64,000 nucleotides of DNA from Gonapodya sp. JEL0774 (Eukaryota): positions 1 through 64,000 of the forward strand of contig JADIIX010000035.1 in NCBI GenBank assembly GCA_027604505.1, written 5' to 3'. The position numbers and the translations under genes were made by a program. Positions 37,618-50,269 of the stretch are shown piece after piece (within the stretch, counting starts at the first letter, position 1; the number at the start of each line of letters is the position of its first letter). The notes beneath the pieces were generated by a model, which was given only the letters and a program-made list of their open reading frames with translations, was not told the origin of the DNA and ran no database searches.

Positions 37618-38999
37618 GGATGAGGGAGTCAACAGTGGCTCGTCCGTCGGTTGGGACAAGGCTCCATAGGAACACCATTGATTAGGACTGTACGATGGAT
37701 CGGGGACCACGGATGCTAGACACCACGGTCCGACTTGGCATGCCATGTAGGCACAAAAGGCGCAGCGGGGTTTGCCGGAGATGTCAGGCACGCTGCGCAA
37801 TCTCAGGCTGTAGCGGTCAATCAGATGCTAGCTTGATTCATGGTCGAGTCCGGACCCACATTACGAGTAAAGAGAAACTTTGTGGTCAGTCAAGTGACTG
37901 GGATCATTGCGCGGGATACTTCTCTGGAAAGCAAACACATCGTCAGGGACCAGGGATACGCGCACGAAATCGTGCAGCATATCAATTGACACCAGAGGAG
38001 CACATCACGAATGAAGCGGGAGGGGGGGGGGGGGGAAGGGTCTGTGTCGTGGAGTGCCGGGCTGACAGGGCGTGCTTGTGTGGTCTATTTTTTTTTGGCG
38101 GAATGGGGTGGTTTCTAGGGACCCGGTCGGTCCTGGCTCAGATTGCAAGTGAGTCTGGTGTTAATCAAACATATGGTCCACCTTGGGCTTCAGGGATCGA
38201 GATGGCTTCTTGCGATTTTGAACATTTGGAAAATCGCGGCACGTGATATTGTAGTGAACGAATAGTGTATCGCAAACACGGTGGCAGTATTCCTTCGAAT
38301 ACAACTTACATTCTTCACCCACAAAGCACTTGTGTTTCTCTCTACCACATGTTTTATTGTTCTATGAGCGACATGCCAGTCACATTCACCACGTTCCGTA
38401 GTAGCAGGAGTGTCCCCAGCTGCGTTCAATGGTTAGGATGACGGCACACAGTAGTTGCTCACTGTGATGTTGGTAAGGATTGGGAGGGTACGGTGAGAAG
38501 AGGAGCAGCAAGTGGTCAAGATTCGTGAACTCGAAAATGACGATTCATAGCGAGACATTCGTGAACGACAACAAACAACAGAATGCTATTTGATACCACA
38601 AACAAGTTGGTAAGTTACAACAAGTATCACGATCTCGCACGGGTAAGAGAAATTCTGATACGCGATGAAACCACTCACGATGTCCAACACAGTTTCCCAT
38701 TTTTCCACCCATCGTCCAACCCCATCCAACGAGTCCCATGCCGTCGAGTCCAACTATCTCGTCAGCTCCCGATCGCACCACCTTACGCCTGGCTCTGAAA
38801 CCTCTCGTTTGAATCGAAATCCTCCCTGCGGCTCCTGGCATCCAAACCCCCCCCACCCCTTCGCGGTTCCCCATTCTCCCGACTCATCCTTCTCCTGCTG
38901 CCCGTCCGTCAGAAGCCCGCTAGCCTGAGCGCACACTCGCTTCTCACCAGGACCATCCCTCGTTCTTCTCGGCAGCGGATTCTCCCCCCGACTCCCCTC

Positions 39000-40131
39000 C
39001 CACTTGCCCAAACATTTGCAACTCTTGCACTCACTGAATTCATTTTTTATCTCCTCAAATCCGCTGAACCGCCATCGCACGTTCTCCTACACCTTGGCCG
39101 TTTGTCGGTTGACAGCGAGGCGGGCCCGCATGAGAACGGTGTCCAGAATGGTGTCAAGAGAGACGAGTGTGCCAATGAGAGAATCCCGCAGTTTATTGAG
39201 CTGAGCGTGAGTTGCGATAGGAAGGAGGTGAGGAGAGGGTGGTCCAGAGACAAGCGACGTCTCACCCACAGCACGGGACATGACCGGCAAAGCACGGGGG
39301 AACTCGTGCAGGAAGTTACGCCTACGTCCAGAGGGAGGATTTAATGGAGGAGTTGTCGGATCTGTCGGACGGCGAGCAGGCGTGAGTGGGGACCGGACTC
39401 ATGTCGGTCGCGACCCGCGAGTCACCACTCTCCCCAAGATCCCTCTCTTCACATCGTGATCGCGCCTGCTGTTGCTCAGGTCGTACCCAGTTCAGACACA
39501 TCGCCCATCCAATATTGCCGAACGCCAAACCACGCCTTCTGGTCCACGAATGGAGATTCACACGTTTGAGCAGCACGGGCAAAGTGGATCCCCGACTCGT
39601 GGCAGATCAGGCTGTCGTTGCCGCTCGACTGTTCCTCGCAAGTACTCCGAGTCAATTTCTGGTCCCTTCGAACTCTTGCAGGGCGGGAATGATTACACGC
39701 TTCTCGGACGGTAGGTCTAGGGTGGGTGATTCCTGAGAGCACCGGCGGTGCGGGATGCGGAGGCGGTGCTCAAGTCTTGCCAAGAACATGGTGTGGAGGT
39801 CAGTTGAGTGGATCATGGTTAGAAAAGAAGGTTCACTTGCGAGAAAGACGAACACAACTCACAACAATACCTCTCCCACAATTGAGCACAACCCGTCTGC
39901 CCGGAAACGCGCAATCCAGACACGAAAGTACGAAGCCAGAAACTCAAGAGGTAGCTGTGGATGCCGTTTGGGGGTTGTGGTCGATTCAGGAGGCGTCAAG
40001 TATCCTGATTCTTCCGGCAATCCACTTAGCACAGCCGGTCGAACAGCTTCCTGCACACAGTGCCGGGCGGTTCCAAAGTGGCCTGACGCCATGCCAAGAG
40101 AGTGTGCTTCATTACCTGTGTCAATTTGCAC
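39000..40131 (-). pseudogene. Degenerate gene remnant, family unknown
   Basis: Protein-like helical segments continue in frame through stops (..GEVLL*VVFVFLASEP.., ..QTAKV*ENVRW..). Confidence 0.35.
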
Positions 40132-40713
40132 TGCCGCACGGGAAACCGTGCAGACGTCGGATCACATACCATTCAAATGTTGGTTCAGAATCATTTTGTG
40201 GTCAAGTGGAGCTTACTTGGGCAGTTAGTGAGTTGCGAGCTTCCAGAGATTTCAAAGTCTATTTGTACGATTGCTGGTTTCAGACCGAGGGCATTCCAAA
40301 ATCGGTCTGGCAGACTGACCCTGGGGTGGTGATGATAATTAGTTGTTGTCTGGACTGAGGCAACCACTAGTCATCAAGTAACCCGACAAGCGCAATTAGT
40401 ACTGTAGATAATTACAGAAATCGCCACTGTGGAAGAAACCGGTTGATGCTTCTCATTGACTTATAAGAAACTGGACAATGAACTGGAAGGTCGTTTAGTG
40501 AATTCAAGTGATTGTCTTATTAGACATCATGTGTTTGGAAGGGAAATGGGATGCCAACGGTTGGGTTGAGAAGCAGCCAGCCCATTCATGTTTGGTTGTC
40601 ATGGGGGGTTCTCGAATTGCCCACTAAGCCCATTCTGGAATCCTGGCATCGAGACTCTTTCCCCTTTGGTCACCTCTTCTAAGCCCATTTCAACTAAAAA
40701 TCAAAAGTTTCAT

Positions 40714-42793
40714 ATGGATCGGAGATCTAGGCTTGAGGAGGCGAGAAGGAACATTCCCCCCCGACTGGATGGCAAACCCATTCGCACTGAGCTGCCGAAG
40801 TTCAATCCGAATGAGTCCACCCTACGCTATCGCGCCGAGAAGTTGGTGGCAGTGGATCCTACTCGCATTCTGGCGGCAACAGCAGACACAGTTCTTCGGC
40901 GAAGTGAGTGCATGGATAAGCATATTCATGCTCACAGGACTGCTTCCAGGCTTCATATCAATCTCTACCCTCTTCCACAGGAGGATTCTTTTCTCGTTTT
41001 ATAGAGGACTTGAAGAAGGGTCTCGGCGTAGACAATCCAGGTGATATACCCTGCTCAGAGGACAAATGACGTCACGTCAAGTAACATCTTTCGCAAACGC
41101 CAGACACGGAGATATTGGCGACGGAGCTTTACAAGAAGATTGAAGATCCCAGACTATCCTTGAGAGTTCTGGAAAGCACCATCAAAGCTTTGCAATGCAC
41201 TGGGGAAACGTGGGATTTGTCTTCGGCTCGACTCAAGAGAGATATTTTGCTCGGGGAGATTCGAAAGGACCTGCCGGAGCAAATTCAGAAGGATTTTGAC
41301 TGGTCAACAATTGACATTGTTGATGAGGGTGGATTCGGTGTTGTTTTTGCCATGCACAAGGTTAGATCAAGCGAAACGGTGAGTTGGCAAGTGATCAGCT
41401 ATGATAACACAGGAATGTCTTTTTCAAACAGGAAAGCTGACTTAGCTGATGACCCATCCAATCACTTCTTGGCATTGGAGAGCAGCTGATCTTCAAGATG
41501 CCAAAGCACACTCGGGAACGCACAAGTGAACCTCCAGTCTTTCCCCTCAGACTCTTCGATCCAACAACATACACTAATTTCTACAATCACATGAATTCTA
41601 CCGGCAAACTTGGTGCCACTGAGCCAGGGGTGTTTGGAGCATCTCATACAGACCTCTGTACTAAACCCCTTCACATACTTGCCGAGCCGCTCTTCCTCTT
41701 TCAACAATCCGACTGCCCAAATGCGGTGGACATATTTGCGTATTACGTCATTGAAGACACCATAATGTCCAGGAAAGATCCATTCTCGCCAAAGTATAGG
41801 GATCTCATAATTCTCAGGGACCTGCGATCAACGGCATACAAGGTGGGAGAAGGAAGTGCAAAGCTCGGAATACCAAGCTCCAGCACAAGTGCAACTGGTT
41901 TAGCACCGGAGGAACGCCGAGAGCTGCTGAGGGATCTGCTCGCTCGCATGAAAGTAAGCCTACGGTCTGAGGATGATCCTGTAAAGTATGCTCGGGCAGT
42001 TTTGGAAGGGTTCTGTGGAATCCATGGGGTTGACGTAGCTGTCAACAGCGATAACGGAGAAAGATCATGGACAAAGCTCGCCCATGGAGACGGGACAGAG
42101 TCGAACATCGTCGTGGTTACGGAGAGTACCGGAAAGTTGAAGATCGTCGTGAGTTCTGGTATCCACTGATTGTTCCTCTCTTTTTCTCCATTGCTCTTTT
42201 GTCTTGGAGCTGAATCACGTTTTGTGTTATCTCCAGTTCCTCGATTACGGATTCGCCTGCCCGTTGTACGAAAACTATCCAGAAGGAACACCTCAACTAA
42301 GGCTTCCGGATCATGCTCGCACACCAGCACAGTCTCACGAAGATGAACAATACGTCAAGCTGGAGAATGCCACTTATGTTGATTTCTGGTCAGCAGGGCG
42401 GTTGGTGTGCGAGTTATTCCTGCCGAAGACGAAAGATCACCTAAAGCGGTTCTTCAAGAAGGATGAAAACGGAGGTAAGCGGGATGAATATCAGCTGAGG
42501 TTGTAGTTTCATTTGTGCTTAGTTGTCTTCGTTGTTTTCAACAAGCAGATCGACCCAAAAGAGTGACCATCGATTATTTCGATGAGCCAGGCAATTTTGT
42601 CCATCAGTTGCCAAATGGTGAGTTGGTTTTGCTTCATTTCAATATGCTCAAGATCTATCGGCCCTCCTGACAATGATCACCTCGCAATGTAGACCTTAAA
42701 GAGCTTTTATGCAAGCTCTTGGTTTACGACCCCAGGGAACGGCTACCTTCCGACAAGTGGAAACAAGAGAGATTCTTTGTGTCGAACACATAA
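40714..42793 (+). CDS. Highly divergent ePK-fold protein kinase (about 7 exons)
   Basis: IVDEGGFGVVF, LIFK, HGDGTESNI, FLDYG, GTPQLRLPD, DFWSAG, LLCKLLVYDPRERL; the exons splice without stops. Confidence 0.85.
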
Positions 42794-42914
42794 ATGATTT
42801 CATTTCTACATCATGATTTACGCTCATGTACAACCAATTAGGGAAATTGACCATCTGAATCTAAACTCTGATACGAACATACGGGCGCGCTGGCGATATG
42901 TTGGCCCTATAACC

Positions 42915-44850
42915 TGCTGGCTTCCCCACGTGCTGGCGCCGGCGATCTCTTGTTGTACAGTCCGGATCTCCACGAGCTTCGAAATTCCTTCATCCAGAAG
43001 GAATGTGACGTCGTTGATGAGCATGTTGACGAATCGCACGAATCCCACTAAGTTCGCGATTTCGAGGGAGCGCAACCAATCACGAGCGGTGATTGAATTC
43101 GTTCCAAACGTTTCGAAGGATAATGTTGAACTTATCGCAAAACTGGGTGTGTGCGCCAGTTTGCTCCACGTCTACTAGTGGACAACAGTCAATGTTCAAT
43201 ACCACGCTCACTTGTGCCCATCATCTGTATTGGAGCACCAACCGACATAGAACCTTGTGAGAGCTCCCACACAGTATTCCCGCACAATCGATGGTTGGCA
43301 AACACATAGTGCAACCCCACTGGGCTTCCATCAGGAGTGCGGTACATCAGGCATCGGCTGAGTGAAGTGGGAGAGCTAAAGAAATGGCATAGATCAGATA
43401 CAACCAAAGATTCACACGGAGCTACAGGATGAACTCACAAACAACATCTACAAGCTTAGCTTTCACATACGGATTCCGCATTCACGCAGGATTTAACAAC
43501 GTACCATCCAAAGCGTTACAATCTCGTCCCGGAGGAAGTCCTTGAAAATAGGAAGAGAGTTTCGACACACGAATACTTAGAACTAAAGTTGGATGGTGGG
43601 GTGGGGTGTACCGGGTCCCACTATTTTGACTCAGTTTTTCAGCAGTGTTTGGATGGCTTCGACCGAAGTATTTCCTGGAAGTTTCGCGCAGTCACAGGCT
43701 CTACCGACGAAGTCCCCCTTATATGAAGTGAGAGACTTCCTTCCGACTCTCCAGTACCCCGCTTTCCTCCCATTCCCACTCCCATTCAGCACCTCGCTGA
43801 CGAATTCTCAGAAAGAAAGTGGCGCGATGTGTGTGGACTCCACATCGTTTTGCTTGACCTTTGCGAATTCTAAGGTGACGGTGTTTACATGGTTGTGCTC
43901 GCCTGCAAATGTCCTTGAAGGTTCTGAAACCCTTCCAAATTATATAATCGGTTGTGATGACGGATTGGAGAATGGGGAAAGAGACTTAGCGGTGTTTTAA
44001 CTCGTGTGACGGAGCTTGAAAAGGATGTGCAGAAAGAACCGGGTGGTGAGGCGGCGGTACTCGTGACCGCCGCTCAGGCCCTCCTGTCTGAGCGAGAAGC
44101 AGATCTTGAAAAGTTCACATCATTGATCGGCAACTACATGGGGCTTGTCGTTGTGGAGACCAGTGAAATCTTCATCGATCAGGAAAGGAGGGTAACGAGC
44201 TGTGATATGATATGTTCTAGGACTGAATGCAGGACTTACTTCGATTCGCCATCCTCAGTGTTCGAGCTCTTGTTCCTCGCTATCTCGCGCGGCATTTGCT
44301 CGTACGGGACCCAGAGGACGCAGAGCGCCAACTCCAAAAGCCTTTCTTTCTGACCTTGTGAAGTGGTAAGGCTGGGTTGCGTCCAGAATTGGTGGATGTG
44401 TGCTCATTGCGTTTCATTCTCGGCGCAGCGACTGGCAGTTTTAGCTCGGACAATGATAACCTCCCTAACCTCGTAGGACGGTTTCTGACAAAATGCAGGA
44501 AAGTAGAGCGATCTCGAAAGGACGAGAATGGCGAACAGCCCCCTATGTGTGCCCGTGCTGCCATGGCCCGGTTTCTCGGCTGTTGGGAGGATAATACCAG
44601 TGTCGCTGCAGGACCGGGCGTGGGGGTTGGAGAGTCTTTGGATGGTAGTGCATGCAGAGGGGTTTCCTTTGTCGCTGGGGCGTATATGGAAAGAACTGGA
44701 AGAATAGTTGGGACTGCCTTCGGTCGAAGAGAAGCTGGTAATGCTGACGGGACGGTTGGAGTTTGTGAAGCTGTCGGTTGAGAAGAGTCAAGAGTGAAGT
44801 TGGAGCCACTGCCACCTCCGAGACGCGTTAGGCATTTCGCGCGGACCTGG
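42915..44850 (-). pseudogene. UFD2: Fragmented, rearranged relic of the U-box E4 ligase UFD2
   Basis: Minus strand: VRAKCLTRLG, MRNPYVKAKLVDV, DVEQTGAHTQFCDKFNI, FVRFVNMLINDVTFLLDEGISKLVEI, with stops, deletions and frameshifts. No U-box seen. Confidence 0.8.
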
Positions 44851-46099
44851 TCTCAATGAGAAATTGGGGAACGATGTATAGTCACCAGTATGCAAGTGAG
44901 TTAGCTCGACTTCGGAATAAATTCCGCTCCAACTATCGAAGGCCCCCGAGACCGGCCCGCCGATCTCCTCGAGAGCAAGCAACCAGCCGTAACTCATTAT
45001 AGAGAATTAAATTGCATCTGAAACTCAGCAATCAAACATTGCGGGTGACCGAGTTAGCCGTCGTCAAACTTGGCTCCCAAATCTTGTGGGATTCAAGCGG
45101 GTTGGCTTCGTTGCTACGAATGATTTGGTGAAGGGCACAACCCCGCATAAGACCTTCCGTGTACAGCGTCTTTGGCGATTTGCAGCGGTTCCCTGTTGCC
45201 AATCTCCGAGGTCCCCCTGGGAAATCAATGTCACTGCAAGGCGATTGCATGACTGCTCCAGGAAGGGTTGCTGAATGTCATATTTGCTGCGTAATGTGGA
45301 ATGCGCTTCGCAGGTCACTTGTGGGGGTGACTGGACTCCATAAATGAAACGAGTGGTTGCGACGCGGAATCAACTCCGGATTCGCCCACGCCTTGTCGCG
45401 GCACAGTGATTACCTTGGAGAACCGCACATCAGTGAGGATTCGCTGTAATGACACGAGAAAGAATAGTTCAGGTGGTATAAAACTGAATACGTCGCGACT
45501 GGCGAGTCGTGGGGCCGCGAAGAGCTCCTTGCCGGAAGCACTTCGTGCTACTGATGAGCAGTTTCACTTCATATGGATACTATTTGCAGTCGCCATCCTC
45601 TGCCTTCTGGCGGTGCGCTGATTCATCTCTCAAACTCATATTCATCATTACCGATACATAGAGTACCATTCCATCCCTCGAACTCAACACACACCAATGG
45701 CTGAGTGGTAACCTGTTACAGCGCAATTCGACAAGTAATCCGATGGAGTGCAATTTATTGGCGTGAATCTGCCAGATTCTCTGAATACTGTACTCACTGC
45801 TAATCAGACTCTGTCGTGATTTTTAGACAAGGTCCGTCGTTTCTTGGAGCCACACCTCAACCAGCTTCTGAATTGAAGTTCACACAATGGCTACACGGTC
45901 GTTGTTATGATTCAGACGAGAGTCTTCATGACAAACGAAGATGCAAAACAACGTGACAAACGAAGACGGAAGATGCAAACCAAGATGCAAGGAAAAGAAA
46001 ATTGCGATATATTCATGAAACGAAACAGAATGATGGATGTGATGCTAACAGATGAATACGTTCAATACTCGCCGGTGTCTGGTACGCAACATCCAGATC

Positions 46100-48455
46100 C
46101 TACGTCTTGTCAGGGGTCGGCTGGTTGGTAGCCCTCCTCTCATCCTGCAATTTCACGTCTAAAAGAATAATTTACTTGAGTGATTTTGAAGAAGCGCACT
46201 GAAGCTAGCAGCACTCACACTCAGCAACTCCAACACAACGAAGGACTTTGTCTGTTTTGAAGATACCTTTCTGGATTTCTTCAAGGTTATTGATGGCACA
46301 TAAAAATGAGTAGGCACGATGAGCAAATCGCAGGTTATCGGGCCACTTGAAGTAGTTCTCAAATTTGGCGTGGATCTCCAAAATCTTCATCATATCAGCA
46401 TCACTAAGGCCATTGAGCTGGTCGAACTTGGGAGGGTTGGAACGAAAGTTCAAAACAGCCTAGATACATGCCAAATCATCTGTGATCTCGGAATAAATTG
46501 GGTGTGCAGAGGTACAACTCACTCGTGCAAGCCCCGTAAGTGAAGGATCAAACAGGTTCACTTCCTTCTTGAACACTTCCATTGCAGGTAGGTGCTCACG
46601 GCCTTGTGCTACCTGAAAGTTCAGATGGGGAGGTACTCTCAAAAATGCTAACATTGCGAATAAGCCATTTCCTTTTTGTTACAAGACGGTGAGCTGCGGT
46701 ACTCACTTTCAACCATGGTCCCAAGTGGAACCGAGCCCAATAGGCCATGGACTTTGATGCTCAGGAGCTTGAAACATCCGTCCGAGACTTCATCATCTGA
46801 GAACAGGGCAATGTCACTCAAGACGCTTTCATCCGTTTGGAGGAGCATGTCGATGATGACGTGATCTGCCATTGCCTTCGCTTTATCCCCTGGAGGACCG
46901 TCGAAGTATCTGCCAATAAACTAAGCAGAGTATATGTAGAATGCAAAGTAGGAAGAGAGGGCGGGGTTTTCTCCATCATTGGAACATACGTCACAGTACC
47001 CGAATGAATCCTGGCGAGAGAAAGGTCCCACCATCAGCCATTCACGAAAGCCAAGAATGAGTAAAAGTCAAGGCATCGTGTGAACTTACCCGCTCTCTTC
47101 CAAGAAATTGGCGATTCTCGTCGTGTAAGGACTTGATAACAGTGCCATCCCAGTTATTGATATCCCCAATTATGTTCCAGTTCTCATTTCCGTTTTCTTC
47201 AAGTCGGTACGCCCATCCCTGAGTGCCGATCTTGAGAATAAAGTTCCTCTTGGGAGCGGCAAACACTTTAAGCACCAAGAATACGACATCTTTCTTGGCC
47301 ACCGAGGACGGCTTCTTCACTTGTATTTGGTAGTATTCATCGCCACGATAGCCGTTACCACTGCCCGTTCTATTTTCGCGGTACTTCTTGATTGCTTCTC
47401 GATTTGCATCATCGCGCGAGAACGATGCAAACTCAAGCACCTGCAGCATTGGTGCTCAGTGAATAATCTGAATAACACGGAACCCCCAACAGCGCTCACG
47501 TATTCAAGAAATATCGATGATGGGAGAGTCATGACAGCGATCTGATGGGACAGGAAAATGGAATTATTTTCTCTCCCAAGCAGATTCTCAATATTGAGAC
47601 GTACACGAGAATCAGGAAGGCGATGCTTTTTACCGAGGTTCGATAGAAACACCTCTCGAAGAACTAGGGAGGGAAATATTTGCGCATCGACAAACTGCGC
47701 CGGTGTAGGAACGGAGAAAGTCCCTGTTGGAGTTAACAGGACTACCTCAAATTGACGAGCCACCAGCTGAAGAGAACGAAATAGCTACCAAGAAAGTTTT
47801 TGAACATTTTCAAAGGCTGAGTGCCTCTGAAAAAGTAATTCAAGTTGGGTCTCTGCAACCGCTCTGAGCTTGAAATTAGGGCGGACGTTGCAGAGTCAAA
47901 GTGTTTTGTCTCAAATACAGCGTTTGCCATTAGAATAGGAAGACGTTCCCATGCGCTGTCCAAGTCGCCCCAAGCATTATAAGCGGCGAAAACCGGCACC
48001 ATCTCGGTCCAGAACTCCGCTGCTTGTTCGTTCGCAACTTGCTTGCCATGGCGGTATTGGGCAGGAAAAACTGTGCGAAATAGTCTGTTGCGCTCATCTC
48101 GGGGGATATCAAGCTCTAAATGATGTACGAGGGGGAGCGAGAGTTTCCTGAAGGCAAAGGAACGGTGTCTTCAGAAGAGCACTAATGATCTGTCCCTTAT
48201 AACATGGACAGGTTTAACTCACAAGATCTCCTCAGCCTTGGCGTCAAAAACAAAGTCCTGCGAGACGGGTGTGTAAACAGTATTCAACGCCTGCATCCGA
48301 TCGTAGCTATCCATCAGCTCTTGGCGAATGTTGGCGATTCCTGAGCTGACGTCGGGCGTGACGGATTGGAAAGAGTTCGTCAGAATAGACATTGCTTCCC
48401 CCAAAAGAAGGGCAAACTTTCTCCATAGCGGGCGGCGGGGGTCGTTCTGAGCCAT
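46100..48455 (-). CDS. About 600-aa multi-exon protein with possible split GH19/lysozyme-like fold
   Basis: Exons splice in frame, including an 11-nt microexon at 47000-47010; one junction near 47790-47730 is uncertain. Motifs RLPILMANAVFETKHF, NYFFRGTQPL..KNF and LNGLSDAD..DNLRFAHRAYSFL. Confidence 0.7.
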
Positions 48456-49361
48456 TGGGTTCGATGACTTTTTGGCTTTGGGGCAAGGTCACAGAAAGGG
48501 CCAGAGGAGGCCACCGTGGTGCATAATATTTGTATTACCGCGTTTTATCCATCCGCCCTTGCTTCTGCGTGATTAATTACCCATCTCTGTTTTGTCTTCG
48601 CGGTGGATACGGCGACAAAAACCGGTGGAGGTTCTCTGAAGGTTCAATCCTCACAAATGTCGGGATGTGTCGGGTGAGCAGTTGTGGAGATTCGGCCGCT
48701 TTGTCACAGGAAAGAGTTCTTATCAAGAATTTTCTGTCCTCGACCAAGATCGACACGATATACCGTCTGACACTGAATCTGAGCTCGTTGCCAATCGATC
48801 AGACTCAGAAGTTCAAAAACAGCGCACTGCCCCTATTTGGTCGGTGGGAAGCCTCCACGAGCTCATGTAAGCCGCTTCAGGAATGGTTCTGATGTCGCAT
48901 CGAAACCTGCTTCTGGATCAGTGGGTTGGACGTTTCGCTTTGCAAACATTCTTTGGACCAAGAGGAGCAGGAGGAAAAAACCCAACAGTAAAGAGGCCTG
49001 GGGAAGTCAAGAGGAAGCAAATATAGGCGTAGTCCAAAGACTGACTCGAAGGAAGCTCAAGTCCTTGTGCCTCGACCACCACCAGGAGCCAAACCTAACA
49101 GAAGCCCGTGTGTCGTGGGGAACATGGACATGGACAAATGCAGATGCGATCGATCTAGCATCAAAAATAAGTGGAAGTAGCATTGCATTTCTGGTTCGAA
49201 GAGAACCCCCTCTGTAGTTAAAGACAACTCCAGGGGAACCAAACCGATGACGGATATCAAGTTCTGTTTTCTGTTTGGCAGGAGGGGCACAACATGAATC
49301 GACCTATTTATTCCCTTTCTTTTCCCCTTCATTTTCGCTCATCCACTCTTCCCCCTTCCAA

Positions 49362-50269
49362 ATGCCTTCCAACTCGCCCCCTTCCCAACCCCGCTCCCGT
49401 CCCAGACGACTTAAATCCCAAGACTCGCCCATAGCCTCAAATCCATCTCCCGCCCCGACACGGCGATATCGATCTGCCCGGTCGAATGACAATGCGGATC
49501 CCAACGTGGATTCTGTTCATGCTGATGTGTCGCTGCCCCATCGTCCAGGCTGCCACGAAACGACCTCATCCATTCCAGACCGCATCCATTCCCCTCCCCC
49601 ATCTGCGTCCTTTTCCACCTCGTCTCTCTCTTCTCTCGTCCCCAGCGCTCCCTCGACCACTCCCACTCTAACACCGATCCCTCCTCCACTCCCCGACACC
49701 AACACCGACACCGAATCCGCCTCCGTTCTCCGCCCCACACCATATTAGAAAGCCTCGACCTCCAACGCGAAGAATCTCTCGCCCTCTCAGTCATCTTTGG
49801 CCCCGACTTCTCACTCTCCCCCTCCGACGCCTCCACAGGCACCATCCGCGTACCAATTGACTTACCCAACCCCACCATCGCAATGCAGATCGGTCGCTCT
49901 CCCTCCACCTTCACCTCCAACCACGCCCCCGCCCCCCCGCGCGCCCCCCCCCCCCCCCCGCCCCGCCCCGCCAAGGGCACCCGGGGGAGCGGNNNNNNNN
50001 NNCCGCATTTTCCGCCCCTTCAACCCCCTCCAACCCCCCCCCCAAACCCCAAATACCCCCCCCCCCCCCCCCCCCGCCCCCCCGGGCGCCCCCCACGCCC
50101 CGCCCCCCCGCGCCCCCCCCCCCCCCCGCACCTCCCCAACCATCGTCACCGTCATCCACCTTCCCCGATCTCCCCTGCTTCCAGTTCCGCGCCACGTACC
50201 TCTCCCATTCCGGCGTCAACCTTGTCGTCGATGCCAGTTGGCTCGGTAAAGACACGAGGGCCGAGGTAG
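49362..50269 (+). other. Pro/Ser-rich coding-like stretch spanning a low-quality C-rich region and N gap
   Basis: MPSNSPPSQPRSRPRR... with an in-frame stop at 49746-49748; poly-C tracts and 10 Ns at 49993-50002 make it unreliable. Confidence 0.3.

Noticed and set aside
49920..50130. Poly-Pro/Gly ORFs and a G-quadruplex-like tract
   Set aside because: Flanks an N gap and looks like low-quality base calls.
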